64,000 bases of DNA from Octopus sinensis (GCF_006345805.1 NC_043017.1:5456001-5520000), one strand, 5' to 3'; positions 1 through 12,463 are shown, counted from the stretch's first letter. Made by a program: numbers and translations. The notes: generated by a model not told the origin, from the sequence alone.

Positions 1-130
1 CAAAGTGAAAATCTTGCAGTTGCGAAAATATTGGAAACAAGGCATTCTAGTTTTGAACCACGGTAACAACAAAGCATTCTTCGAAGCTAAACTTCATCAT
101 TATTATACTCGTTATTTTCCTATGTTTTTT

Positions 131-350
131 TCAAGGTGGCCATCTAACAGAATCGTTAGCACGCTGAACAGGATGCTTAGCTGCATTTCATCCGTCTTTA
201 CGTTCTGAATTCAAATTCCACCGAGGTTGACTTTGCCTTTCATCCTTTCGGGGTCGATGAAATAAGTACCAGTTAACCACTGGGGTCGATGTGATCGACT
301 TACACCCTCCCACATAAATTCCAATCCTTGGGCTTAAAGTAGAAATGATT
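131..350 (+). mobile_element. tRNA-derived SINE (octopus OR-type family)
   Basis: Head with B-box-like GAATTCAAATTCC, then the body GAGGTTGACTTTGCCTTTCATCCTTTCGGGGTCGAT...ACTGGGGTCGATGTGATCGACTTA shared with copies at ~10.6 kb (+) and ~2.7 and ~50.0 kb (-). Family name from recall; boundaries approximate. Confidence 0.8.
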
Positions 351-488
351 ATTTTGCTATATTTTCAATTCATTTATTTCTTATGATGTCTGTTGATGTT
401 GGTGAAACCGTTATTCCGGCTGTTGGTATTACCATTGTTGTTATTATTGCTACTGTAGTTGTCATTGTTTTATATGTTGTTGTTGTTA

Positions 489-489
489 T

Positions 490-527
<38 letters not shown>

Positions 528-528
528 T
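489..528 (+). repeat. (GAT)n microsatellite
   Basis: Direct run of GAT repeats; explains the poly-Asp in ORF 383..694. Confidence 0.95.
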
Positions 529-1782
529 TATGCGTGTCGCTCATCTTCTATTTAATGCTATAATCTTGCTCTTACCCAATTCAGACCACAAACACAATTT
601 TTATTCCCATGATACCACTGATTTCACTAAGAAAGGCTCTTCAATATCACAGTGCTCTGTTTCATTTGCCTCGCAAGACATACAAATTTTGTGACTGAGC
701 AACTGGGAGCCATTATTTTGGGTTCGATTTGCAATTAGTGCCTTATATTATCAAAGTCCGCGGCCAGCTGAGAACAAGTTCCTGATTCAATTCCAGTTTG
801 TAGTTTTAGATTTTCTTTTTCAATTATCTGATGTCATTAATATTCTTAAGAAAGACATTAATGACAATAGTATTTACGGTTTGGCTCTAATGTAAATGGG
901 AGACCTTCATAAAACAAGTCATTATCGTAATTGTATTCGGTGGAGGATTCTCGATAATTGTATCCGGGCCGCGGTTTCAGTCCCTTGTTAGAGTTTATTA
1001 CAGTAAATGCTTACGTCAAATATTCCCTTGGTAAATTTATCATTGACCACCATTATCATCAATAAAATTAAAACTGTTATGTCAAAGTAAGAATTTCTAC
1101 AATATGCACAGTAGAGTAAGAAACGATCAACTTCAGTGAGCGAAAATTTCTTCTAGGTTTCGAATCCTGCTTCAGATTATTTCATTTTATTTACTCCCTA
1201 TTAATTTTGTTGCTGAAAGAATGAACATCGCAATTTTCCGTTTCCCATTTTGCACTAAGTTTGATATTTTCGACGACGTAAGAAAGTAGTATTGAGGGAG
1301 ACTTCAGATCAAAAACGAAAGTTTCCTAAATCAAAAGAATGAGCCGGAGATCACAACTTCCGTGGATAAAAGTGTTGTAGGTCAAAAGAGCTTGCGAAAA
1401 GATCTGAAGCTTAAAAAATTTGTGGGTACTGCCACAGATCAAAAGTTTTCTGCTTCCGGTTGAAAGTGATCTCTTTTCATTTAACCCTTCAATGTATTTC
1501 AGAATGAAAGTAAAACGAACATCACACAATTGTTTTCTCCCCTTCGTCCAGTAATCATTTATGTATTGAGCCTTAAGCTTAAGAGATAATTCTAGTGATT
1601 GGTCACATTCTTTCTTCCGCTGCTGACATTAAACTGAGTCCTTGATTAAGGCACGTGTTTATCATGAAGTATAATAATGACTTTTCAACAAATGATGTCA
1701 TGAAGCTGGTATAAGATCCAGTTTAGAGAGACTTTATTTTCTACAATTATTCCCCCATTCTTTGTTGAAATATTTCGGTATT

Positions 1783-2455
1783 GTATGTATAAACAGATTT
1801 AAACACCTCGTCTCTAGATACAGTATGATTGTGGATAGAAAACGAGGAGTCAGCAGGGTTAATTTTAATCCTGTGTCGGGACTTCACCAGAGACTGTATA
1901 GCCTGTCCGTGGCGAGACTACTCAGGAACTTTCAGTTTCGTAATCAATCTCACACTTATAAGTCTAAAACTGTTTTTAAAAATTCTTATTCTTTGTGGCG
2001 CAATAGACTTATATCTCAAATTAACATCACTGAATCTCATTTTCTCATTTCTGTAAATCGAAGTTTATCTTCATTTTATTTTGTTTTGTTTGTACTTGGG
2101 AAAAAGTTAAAACCAACCAGTGAATATACAAACAAGGTGAATACATCTGTCTAGACATATATCGACAGATATATTTTGTGATACAATATGGCACTGAAAC
2201 AAAGCTACGTTAACAAACCAGTAATTTATTAATCAGACTAGCTGTCAAAAGTGTGTTATATTTGCCAATTAGTTTATCCTATTTATTCCAGTTCATAGTA
2301 AAAACAAGTTGATAGGCAGTGTCTCGAGGGACAGATTAATACAGTCTCTGATGATATCCCAACACAGGATTAAAATTAGCCCGGCTTATCCCTCGTTTTC
2401 TGTTCACGAAAATGCTGTGTATACAGACTAGGTGTTTAAATCTATCTATACATAA
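1783..2455. mobile_element. Non-autonomous element with long (~140 bp) terminal inverted repeats
   Basis: 1786-1925 (ATGTATAAACAGATTTAAACACCTCGTCTC...GGGTTAATTTTAATCCTGTGTCGGGACTTCACCAGAGACTGTAT) matches the reverse complement of ~2312-2455 (ATACAGTCTCTGATGATATCCCAACACAGGATTAAAATTAGCCC...AGGTGTTTAAATCTATCTATACAT). Superfamily not assignable. Confidence 0.75.
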
Positions 2456-2589
2456 TTCGTTGGCTACAATTTTTTAGATATATATTCTCTAGTAAATATA
2501 ACAGTAGCCATAATCCTTCGACTGTGCTCTGAAACGGCTACTCTCCTTCTCCGCTCCACCCGTTTCCGTTTTCCTAATCAATTGTAATC

Positions 2590-2835
2590 CTTTGATTATC
2601 TCTAGCCACCCGCCGGATTATTTGAACCATAGCTGCAAAGAAGCGGGACAAATACCGCAAGGTATTTCGTCCGATGTTTTAACAATTTTGTCAATCCACC
2701 TACCCGGAATGATACTTTATTTATTTGCCACGAAACGATGAGTTAACCTCAACGGGATTTAAACTCAGAAAGAGCTGGAACAAATATCGCAGGGCATTTT
2801 ATCCGACGTTCTAACAACACTGCCAGCTCACTAAT
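2590..2835 (-). mobile_element. Two adjacent degenerate SINE fragments (same family as 131-350)
   Basis: AACCTCAACGGGATTTAAACTCAGAA and AAATACCGCAAGGTATTTCGTCCGATGTTTTAAC are reverse complements of the SINE head. Confidence 0.6.
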
Positions 2836-3430
2836 TTTCGATATTATAGTATTGGTGTTAGTATTGTACTAGTGTTGGTGAGTTAAGTTTTCTGGAAATG
2901 GAAACCCTGACACAGTTTACTTGCTATATGTGTTTTATTTAACTTAGCTATTGCACTGGTAAAGGCATGAACACTACAACTTCATAATCCCTGCTTCTCT
3001 AAAGCAACGCTCAAGCTACATAGTTTTTTAAAGAAGACATCATCACATTTTATTTATTGTTGAATTTCCTTTGTTTTATTTATGTTTTTCTTATTGCTGT
3101 CATCGTCATTGTCGTTATGGTTACGGTTGTTGCTTGTTGTTCTTATTATTGTAATAATATCAATATCATAGCATTGCCTTCATTCTTTATTGTTGTTACC
3201 GTGGTATGTTAATCTTGGCAGAAGTTTGCAGCTTGTATAGTGTCGGTGCTAGCAGCTTGTTGTTAGACCAGAAAGCGTGTATGTGTTAGTTACACAGAGA
3301 TTTTTTGACAGAAACAAACAATCAATAAGACTTGGTCCGTAGTCAGAATACAAAATGATTTGGCGAGTTGTGTTTGTAATGAGGAAAACAAACTAAATAT
3401 GTAACAGAGTTAAGTTTTGTCTCTGTAGAC

Positions 3431-3683
3431 CAGTAATTCTCAACCATTTTTTACCTATGGACCTCTTTGATTCCTGTTCTACTCGAGTGGACTTCCACAG
3501 CCATTCGATGTTTTAAAAATCCTATTATATTTTAATAATTAAATATTATTAGAAATTCCATTTAAAAAATGCTAAAATATTTTGTATATTGTAAAAGTAT
3601 AAGTAATTTATTGTATTTAGATTTTGACAAAAAGTCTTATATGGGCCCTCAATGGTCATATGGACCCCAGTTGAGAACCATTG
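3431..3683. mobile_element. hAT (Charlie-like) MITE
   Basis: TIRs CAGTAATTCTCAAC / GTTGAGAACCATTG. Flanking 8-mers CTGTAGAC (3423-3430) and CTCTAGAC (3684-3691) match 7/8 and resemble the NTCTAGAN hAT target preference. Confidence 0.8.
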
Positions 3684-3691
3684 CTCTAGAC

Positions 3692-4292
3692 CATTTTTAT
3701 CTATGTACTCCTTCGTTTACTATTTTATTCTGGTGGACCCTCATAGCCATTCGATGAGTAAAAACTAGTTTCATACAAACTCCTTTCAAAATTCCTATTA
3801 ACTTGTGTAGGTTGAACAATATAAAATGCTAAAGAAACCTTGCTGTTTCTTGAAATACATACCAATATATATATATCTAAAGCAAAATGTTTCAGGAGTC
3901 CTTAAAATATTATTGTGGATCCCCACTTTGCTATTTTGTTGCGTAGACCCCACAAAAATCTTATATGGACCCTCAGGAGCCATATGGACTCTCAGGAGCC
4001 ATACGGACCCTCAGGAGCCATATGGACCCTCAGGAGCCATATGGACCCTCAGGAGCCATATGGACCCTCAGGAGCCATACGGACCCTCAGGAGCCATATG
4101 GACTCTCAGGAGCCATATGGACCCTCAAGAACCATATGGACCCTCAGGAGCCATACGGACCCTCAGAAACTATATGGACTCTCAGGAGCCATATGGACCC
4201 TCAGGAGCCATGTGGACCCTCTGGGGCCATATGAACCCTCAGGAGCCATATGGATCCTTAGGAGCCATATGGACCCTGGTTGAGAACTGCGG
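3692..4292. mobile_element. Second, left-truncated copy of the same hAT MITE family carrying an internal minisatellite
   Basis: Start resembles the first MITE (CATTTTTATCTATG...AGCCATTCGATG); ends with GGTTGAGAACTGCG followed by GCTCCAGAC. Confidence 0.6.
3963..4279 (+). repeat. 19-bp minisatellite (GGACCCTCAGGAGCCATAT)n, ~16-17 copies
   Basis: Unit read directly; explains the three overlapping repetitive ORFs 3826..4341, 3915..4283 and 3965..4234. Confidence 0.95.
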
Positions 4293-5084
4293 CTCCAGAC
4301 TTAGAAAGCACACTAACATCGATTTGCTGTCAACCCTTTAGAGATAATGAGATAATTACCAGTTGCACCTCGAAGTACATAATATCGACTATATACTATC
4401 TGGTACTCTTCTGTAATCCTTATACGTTTGAAAAAGGCTTTGTTAACCCTTTTACTGCAAAAGCAGATATGTCCACTGAAAATATAATTGCCCTTAACTG
4501 GGGAAAGCAGTTTTATATACCAATCTATTTTCCGTTGGTTGAGATAACGTCGTTTTACTGATAACGGGACTTGAAGAAAGTACTAGTTCCGTCTTTTGGT
4601 AGATATGTAACATCATTACAAAAATAACCATGGAATTCAATTTCGCGGTGAAAGGGTTAAACCAAGGAGAAAGACTCTCTGTGATTACTCGACATGATAG
4701 AGATGGCAGCGTCGTAATCTCTCTCCCAATCACTGCCTACTGCCATTAAAAAAAATGGGGATATATAACGATGTAGTTTGGGTGAGGAAGGGCAGTCACG
4801 GACGGAATGTGTTTTGTCATGGATCTGTTGAATTAGAGATGACCAGTGACCAAACAAAAACACACTCATGTGTTGCTGCTTTACGCCGTTAATGTCATTT
4901 AAAAAGGCATGAATGTCACGTAATCTCTTCCTCACACCCTCTTCTACACAAACACATACCGAATCACTGAAGGTTATGTAACTGAAGAGGACCAACTTCA
5001 ACCAATGAGTTAATCGATAGATCTGTTTCTATGAAATAGTGGAGAGTCAAGCTGAGAACAATTCAATTTTTACAAAGAAATTAG

Positions 5085-5089
5085 AAATG

Positions 5090-5156
<67 letters not shown>

Positions 5157-5308
5157 GCCTTTATCAGATGGTATGTAGGTCGAAACTTCAAAGTCACTGT
5201 CACCTCAATTGTAATAGTTTAATATGTACTCTACTAAAATGTATTGAGTAATTCTTCAGTTTATGCTAAAATCTCTCTATATATAACTTATCATAGAAAC
5301 AAACATTA

Positions 5309-5361
<53 letters not shown>

Positions 5362-5681
5362 CATGTTTGTGTGTGTGTGTAGGAATGTATGTGTGTATAT
5401 GAATTAGGCTTTCGCCCTTTTCGGGATCATCAAAAACTGAAAAATGTTTCAAACCTATGTGACGAAACCAAGCTTTTTAAAATTATTTGAACCTATTCCA
5501 AATATTATTAACCTACTTAAACAAGCACCATTGGTGTAATTCAGAAAAATAGAGCAAAGAAATGCAATTTAAACATAGATAATATATATATATACATGGA
5601 CCTAGTCTAGAAGAAGAATTCGGAATTTAAGCTAAGTTCACTTGATATATATATAAACATATATATATATGTGTGTGTATA

Positions 5682-5738
<57 letters not shown>

Positions 5739-5755
5739 GTATGTATATATATATG

Positions 5756-5787
<32 letters not shown>

Positions 5788-5832
5788 TGCATGTATGTAT
5801 GTATATATGTATGTATATATATGTATATATAC

Positions 5833-5909
<77 letters not shown>

Positions 5910-6015
5910 CACATAAATGCATGCGTGTACATATATATATCTAAATATGTATGTATGCATATGTATACGTATATTTATAAGTATATATATATATAGGTAT
6001 CGGTATATGTATATA
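5085..6015. repeat. Cluster of (TA)n and mixed TA/TG/TATG microsatellites
   Basis: Runs at ~5088-5155, ~5305-5360 and ~5645-6015. Confidence 0.9.
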
Positions 6016-6339
6016 TTAAACACACAATGTTCAAACCGAAAGTCAGTAGATATATATTTTGTGTATTTAAAATATTCGAAACAATGCACCAAAATAGCTA
6101 TTGCTAAAAGAAAGTATAATCTAGAGATATCGCGATGTTATGTAGAATTAAATGATATCGCTTCGTTTAAAAAAAAACTATATTTTATACAGAAATATTA
6201 TATATATCTATATATATTTGTCAGCGATTGTTACAAAAATATTCTAATAAAATGTTTAACTTAATATCACCTTTTGTTCAGTTGTATTTTGCGTTTTGTT
6301 TATTTTTATTTTGCTTTTTATCTTGTATTTTTTTATTTA

Positions 6340-6552
6340 AATAAGTCATTGGACTGCGGCCATGAAGGGGCACCACCTTGAAGGGTTTTAGTTGAACGCA
6401 TCAAACCCAGAACTTCTTTTTTTTTAACCGGGTATTTATTTTATTGGCATCACATGCCGCTAGCTTATGAGGACGTAAACGAACTAGTACAGGTTGTCAA
6501 GCGGTTTAGGGGACAAACATGCACACATAGATACACACAGACACATACACAC

Positions 6553-6588
<36 letters not shown>

Positions 6589-6700
6589 GTCGGGTTTTTT
6601 TCAGCTTGACATCCACTCACAAGATCAGCCAAGCAGAAGACACTTAGTCGAAGGACTATGCAATGGGGCTGGACCCGGAACCACGTGGTTGAGAATGTAT
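6340..6700 (-). mobile_element. SINE fragments (OK-type family) split by a CA/TA microsatellite
   Basis: TCATTGGACTGCGGCCATG...GCACCACCTT is the reverse complement of the SINE tail at ~42.7 kb. AGAAGACACTT...CAATGGGGCTGGACCCGGAACCACGTGGTTG matches the head of that family. Confidence 0.7.
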
Positions 6701-7149
6701 TTTTTAATTGGATTATTATTTTGGTTTTCATTGTTCTTAATGTCTTGAACATGGGAGGAGTAACATAATTATGACCCTTTTTAAGGTTTATGAAGCTGGT
6801 GGGCAAAAAGGAAGAACACATTCTCTGACCAGAGACACTCTGAATACAAGAGAGGAGACCCCACTAAAGGGACCTCGTGCCAAGGTGGAAGTGTTAGATT
6901 GAGTGACAGATTGGGTCAACCAGCATGGAAGTGAAATTGCTCTTCCGATTGACTTTCAGTCTCCATCTACTGTATTTCATTCATGGGCATTGGTCAACTC
7001 TAAGCTAATGCACAAGGCACTGGCATTGCATCCGAAACAGCAAAAGACTTCGCTTCTCGAAAACTGGGAAACCAATTTCTCTACCTCTCAGCTAAGTCAC
7101 TATCGACTACGCAGCCGTATCCGTTTGGAGACACATCAAGTAAATACGA

Positions 7150-7181
7150 GTACGTGTGTGTGGGCGTGTGTGTGTGTGTGT

Positions 7182-7215
<34 letters not shown>

Positions 7216-7222
7216 CGCGCGT

Positions 7223-7266
<44 letters not shown>

Positions 7267-7275
7267 GTGTGTTTG
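7150..7275 (+). repeat. (TG)n with an embedded (CG)n run
   Basis: GTGTGTGCGCGCGCGCGCGCGTGTGTG read directly. Confidence 0.95.
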
Positions 7276-7394
7276 TACATACATTAACGCATATGCGATT
7301 GGGACAAAGAATTGTCTGTCTGTGCAACTCGGGCAGAACAAATATCACAAAAGGCTTTCTTCCAAAGCACCTGTGAATTGGATACCACCAAGCC

Positions 7395-7985
7395 TCCACG
7401 CTGTGATAAAAATTATGTCGGTTCTGCTATACCAATATGAAAGATATCACCCACATCATCAGCAGTTGCCCCAAAATGTCTACGAGGTACTACTTGCCCC
7501 TGCAAAAACTATTTACAATGCTATCCGCAGAAAGGACTGCTCTGATTATACATCAAAGGTACATCAGAACTAGCAAGTATTCGCACCTTTAAAAATAAGG
7601 AATACTAGTGGAACACCTCAATAAAAACATCAATTTAGTGCAAACATAACAGACCTGATATTATTAAGTAGGACAGGGAACAAAAGGCATGCCCTGTTAC
7701 TGAGGTCAGCTACCCAGCGGATGTGAATGTACACTCAAAAGTCCAGGTAAAAGAGAACATTTATGGCGAATTCATGCGGAACTTGCAGCTTTTGTACCTT
7801 GACTAAGAATTCTGATTTATACCTATTATCATAGGTGCATTAGGTTATGTACCAACAAATTTTCAACAACAAAAAATCTCGGTTTTACAGAGAAAGAGCA
7901 AAAGAAACTGACGCGGATTCCCCAAATCTAATCTATTAGTGGCACAGGGAAGATTTGTAAGACATTCCAAAACTTCTCTATCTGA
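7395..7985 (+). pseudogene. 3' fragment of an RLE-type non-LTR retrotransposon ORF (R4/NeSL-like): CCHC zinc knuckle plus PD-(D/E)xK endonuclease
   Basis: Manual translation gives KLCRFCYTNMKDITHIISSCPKM (C-x2-C-x8-H-x4-C), then CKHNRPDIIK*DREQKACPVTEVSYPADVNVHSKVQVKENIYGEFMRNLQLLY...FIPIIIGALGYV and SISGTGKICKTF. Stops and frameshifts are present. Confidence 0.85.
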
Positions 7986-8129
7986 GACTCTTGTTTGAAT
8001 AGATGCATACGCTTGGGTGAATGCATCGACAGCTCAACTAACATACCAACTGAACAAACACCGGAAACTGTCTCAACTCAAAAAGTCCTGTTGCTTTGTT
8101 AGCGACCAGCTTGAACTCTCTCAAAAACT

Positions 8130-9601
8130 TACATACATACGTACATACATACATACATACATACATACATACATACATACATACATACATACATACATAC
8201 ATAAAGGATAAATGCCTCATCTTCTTAGATGATACCCGCCTCACATTCATCCTCATTGTTCTGATTTACTTTCATCATTGCGGATATCCATCGCCATAGA
8301 ACTTTATGAAAAACAAAACAAATGAAGAAATGAACTGACAGTGAGACATCTGTACATCATTGGATTTAAGTGGCAAAAGCTTGTACAACACTTTTATCAC
8401 TCTCTCGGTCGCTATAGTAGGTCCCAGTGACAAGCATCGCAAGACGACTGGTACCTTTTTGGCTGAAAGTCTTATCCCAGAGTATCTTGTTCTTAGAAAA
8501 GCTAGCTCCCTCACGTCTTTGTCAAAAATAATGGAAGCCTCCTCTACCCTTCGGAAATCTATTTAACCCATCGATTGAACCCTATTAGGTACTATCATTC
8601 TAGATCAGAATGTACCTGAGACTAATGGCAATTCAGGGGATGACTCCAGAACTTCCGTATTGGAGCCTCTCCAGAAGACTCAGTTTAATGTAATGCACAC
8701 ATACATACATGCATACATACATACATACATACATACATAAATACATACATACATACATACATACATACATACATAAATACATACATACATACATACATAT
8801 ACACATACATACATACATACATACATACATACATACATACATACATACATACATACATACATACATAAATACATACATACATACACACAATACGTACATT
8901 CATACATACATGGTGGTTGTCTACTCCTTATGCAGAGATTGACCACCTCCTGTACCTACAGCTTAGAACCATCATGGCATCTGATGTGGCTTTTTGAACC
9001 AGACAATGTTATGAAAAGACGCCCACATAGATTGCATCCAATTTAGACTTCCAAGAGCTGCAGATAAGTTCTGATCTTTTTGGATCTTATAGGCCTCCGT
9101 TAGATTTACAAACCTTCTGGCATATACTGCATTGAAAGGTGTGCACAGACATATAGGCAGAATAGTTGGTGGAGGTTCGTTTTCCATGGGTTCGCAAATG
9201 AGATTTGAGCCCAGCAAAAGAAAGGCATAGTCTGTCACAAACTGCACACAAAAAAGGTCATTGTGATTCTCTTTCTCGATCGTAATACTCTTCCTTAAAT
9301 CTCTTTTAAGTCTTTCATGCGTTATCTTGCCCTCTTCAAACTCTTTCACTCCACTCAACCCTTTTGTTCTCCATCCAGCTCGATCCGAAGCAAGGGTTTC
9401 TGTGTCCTCTGGAACCATTCCAAGTGACTTCATAGTGTGAAAGTGGTAACAAGAACAGGACAGTGAGAACAAAACAGTAAAAACAATAAAAAAGTAAAAA
9501 CAAGCGATGAGAGCTGTTAAGCCAAGACGATGGAAAAATTATTCTGAACGTTTAAGGAGACGAGCTTATGAAGAGACAGGATAAGCTAATACATACATAC
9601 A

Positions 9602-9665
<64 letters not shown>

Positions 9666-9717
9666 CACATACATACATACACACATACATACATACATAC
9701 ATACATACATACATACA

Positions 9718-9750
<33 letters not shown>
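8130..9750. repeat. Three (TACA)n microsatellites (~8130-8202, ~8698-8912, ~9590-9750)
   Basis: Read directly. Confidence 0.9.
8960..9470 (-). pseudogene. Degenerate RTE (BovB-like) LINE ORF C-terminus
   Basis: ORF 8972..9472 contains SLGMVPEDTETLASDRAGWRTKGLSGVKEFEEGKITHERLKRDLRK, resembling the RTE C-terminal LAxDRxxWR...FE...KRxxRK segment that precedes a zinc finger. Confidence 0.65.
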
Positions 9751-9751
<1 letters not shown>

Positions 9752-10084
9752 AATATAAGAAAAAAACGTACGATATATGAATAAGAATTAAATATAAAGA
9801 AAGTAAGATTCAAATATAAATAATATATATTTAAAAGTAAAAATATACATATAAGTAGGAAAAAAATATATATACATATTTACGTATATTTTGTTGGATG
9901 ACCGTTGACTGCTCAGGAGTTCCTCCGCCCTTTGATGCGTCTTATTTTTCACCTCGCAGGGTGTCAAACAACACCGTTCTCACCAAGCAAGCCTGGTGGG
10001 GGTTGCCAGTTTAGTCGCCGATGACCCGACCATGTGACAGGTTGTACTGGATTACGTGTTGCCAACAGGACTCAAGAGAAACCT

Positions 10085-10398
10085 GACATACATACATACA
10101 TACATACAGACAGACAGACGTACATACATACAGACAGACAGACAGACACCAACTCTTACTCTATTGGCAAGAAATCTTGAAATAAAAATGAATAATGACA
10201 TACATTATTTTCTATGAAAATCCCTATTTTTTACGATTTTTTGACTGCTGTGTCGCCATTTTTCGGTGTATTTCAACCAGGAAAATGTTCACTTAAAGAG
10301 AATAACAAGCTACATAAATACAAAATTCTTACTTTTCAAAAATTCCAATTCTAAAAGGTCGAAGCAAACCCGAGCAACGCCGGGCGATACTGCTACTA
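10085..10398 (+). mobile_element. Possible non-autonomous Helitron/HINE-like 3' portion
   Basis: Internal (ACAT/AGAC)n microsatellite followed by the subterminal imperfect hairpin CCCGAGCAACGCCGGG (10369-10384) and TGCTAC about 10 nt later (CTAG-like end). Confidence 0.45.
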
Positions 10399-10594
10399 TA
10401 CCATAAAAGTGTAAATATTAATGTCATTACATATTTTCTCACTTCTCACCATTACCTCGAAATCACAAATAGTTAATAAACATCCAAAATTCCAAACTAT
10501 TAAAATAGTAGACTTACAATCTATTTTATGAAATAGTATATACGATAGAAGAGTCAGCATAATTATTTCAAACACACATTATATACTGAAACAG

Positions 10595-10800
10595 TAGCAC
10601 GCCGGGCGAAATGCGTAGCCGTATTTCGTCTGTCGTTACGTTCTGAGTTCAAATTCCGTCGAGGTCGACTTTGGCTTTCATCCTTTCGGGGTCGATAAAT
10701 AAAGTACCAGTTTCCCACTGGGGTCGATGTAATCTACTTAATCCCTTTGTCTGTCCTTGTTTGTCCCCTCTGTGTTTAGCCCCTTGTGGGCAGTAAAGAA
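10595..10800 (+). mobile_element. tRNA-derived SINE (same family as 131-350)
   Basis: AGCACGCCGGGCGAAATGCGTAGCCGTATTTCGTC...TTCTGAGTTCAAATTCCGTCGAGGTCGACTTTGGCTTTCATCCTTTCGGGGTCGATAAATAAAGTACC. Confidence 0.85.
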
Positions 10801-11485
10801 ATACATTATATACTAATAGATCGACTTTTGTTAATTTCTTAATAGAATTTCTGTACAGTACCGAACATATTATATATTATATACTTTTTTCATCCTTTCG
10901 GGGGTCGATAAATAAAGTATCAGTGATGTAATTGACTTAATCTCTTTGTCTGTCCTTGTTTGTCCCCTCTATGTTTAGCCCCTTGTGGGCAGTAAAGAAA
11001 TACATTATATACTAATAGATCGACTTGTGTTAATTTCTTAATAGTATTTCTGTTCAGTACCGTACATATTATATATTATATACTTTTTTCATCCTTTCGG
11101 GGGTCGATAAATAAAGTATCAGTGATGTAATTGACTTAATCTCTTTGTCTGTCCTTGTTTGTCCCCTCTATGTTTAGCCCCTTGTGGGCAGTAAAGAAAT
11201 ACATTATATACTAATAGATCGACTTTTGTTAATTTCTTAATAGAATTTCTGTACAGTACCGAACATATTATATATTATATACTTTTTTCATCCTTTCGGG
11301 GGTCGATAAATAAAGTATCAGTGATGTAATTGACTTAATCTCTTTGTCTGTCCTTGTTTGTCCCCTCTATGTTTAGCCCCTTGTGGGCAGTAAAGAAATA
11401 CATTATATACTAATAGATCGACTTGTGTTAATTTCTTAATAGTATTTCTGTACAATACCGAACATATTATATATTATATACTTTT
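10740..11485 (+). repeat. 199-bp tandem array (~3.8 copies) built from a SINE 3' half plus flank
   Basis: CATCCTTTCGGGGGTCGATAAATAAAGTAT starts at 10891, 11090 and 11289 (period 199). Confidence 0.95.
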
Positions 11486-11559
11486 AAGTATTATATACTT
11501 TTAAAGATTATTATAATTTTTCACGATGAAGTCGTTTCTGTTTTAACAGGCTTTCAGCG

Positions 11560-12172
11560 CAAGTATTTTGTTTTATTTCAGTTATAAGTTTTAAGGTTTA
11601 CAAGGGAAGTAACTCATGTAACAAAAATTTCGAAGTTATCTTCCTTGTCTTCTTCGTCTCTAAATTCAGTTCCAGCAATTTCGACGAAGCAGCAACATCT
11701 CTCAGAAGTTCACAAAAGTGACAAAACTATTGAAAAAGTATTCATCAAGGTAAGTGCATTCTATCTAAAAGTTTCTTTAATTTTCTAGTAACGAACTCCT
11801 CTCGTGAATTTTAATCGAAAAAAAAAACTTTACAACTAAACTTTATATTCCAAATTCTTTGTATTATTTGTGTTGAGTTTTTTTTTTTTCTTCGTTAATT
11901 TGAAAATTATAAAAAAAAAACTGGAAATTTTCACTGAATATTTTACCCAGTAAGTTGATAATATCAGTTCATCACGAAAATCCGCGTGGTTTTTGTGCAT
12001 TTTTTTAATAAAATTGATTTTTTTCAAAAGGTACCAAAGCCACGCCATTTCACGCAATTTCAAGCCACACAAAATGATTTTCTTTTTCTTTTAATACATA
12101 TTCCGATCGAAAAAATGAAAGTATAAATGGTTGAAAAAACAAGTGAGCATAGATAAATAAATAAATAAATAA

Positions 12173-12249
<77 letters not shown>

Positions 12250-12250
12250 C

Positions 12251-12313
<63 letters not shown>

Positions 12314-12463
12314 CATCATACACACGAACATATATAAATTTATATATTTATGTATATATACAGACATATATATATATACATATATATAGATATATATTAT
12401 TATAGATATATGTATATGTATATACATTTATATATATGATAGAATATAGACATACATATATAT

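Noticed and set aside
1150-1180. Minus-strand CTGAAGCAGGATTCGAAACC as a hammerhead
   Set aside because: The core lacks A9 and no stem I or II can be formed.
10740-11485. CRISPR-like regularly spaced repeats (also the 19-bp array at 3963-4279)
   Set aside because: The units are fully tandem with no unique spacers, there are no cas genes, and the context is eukaryotic.
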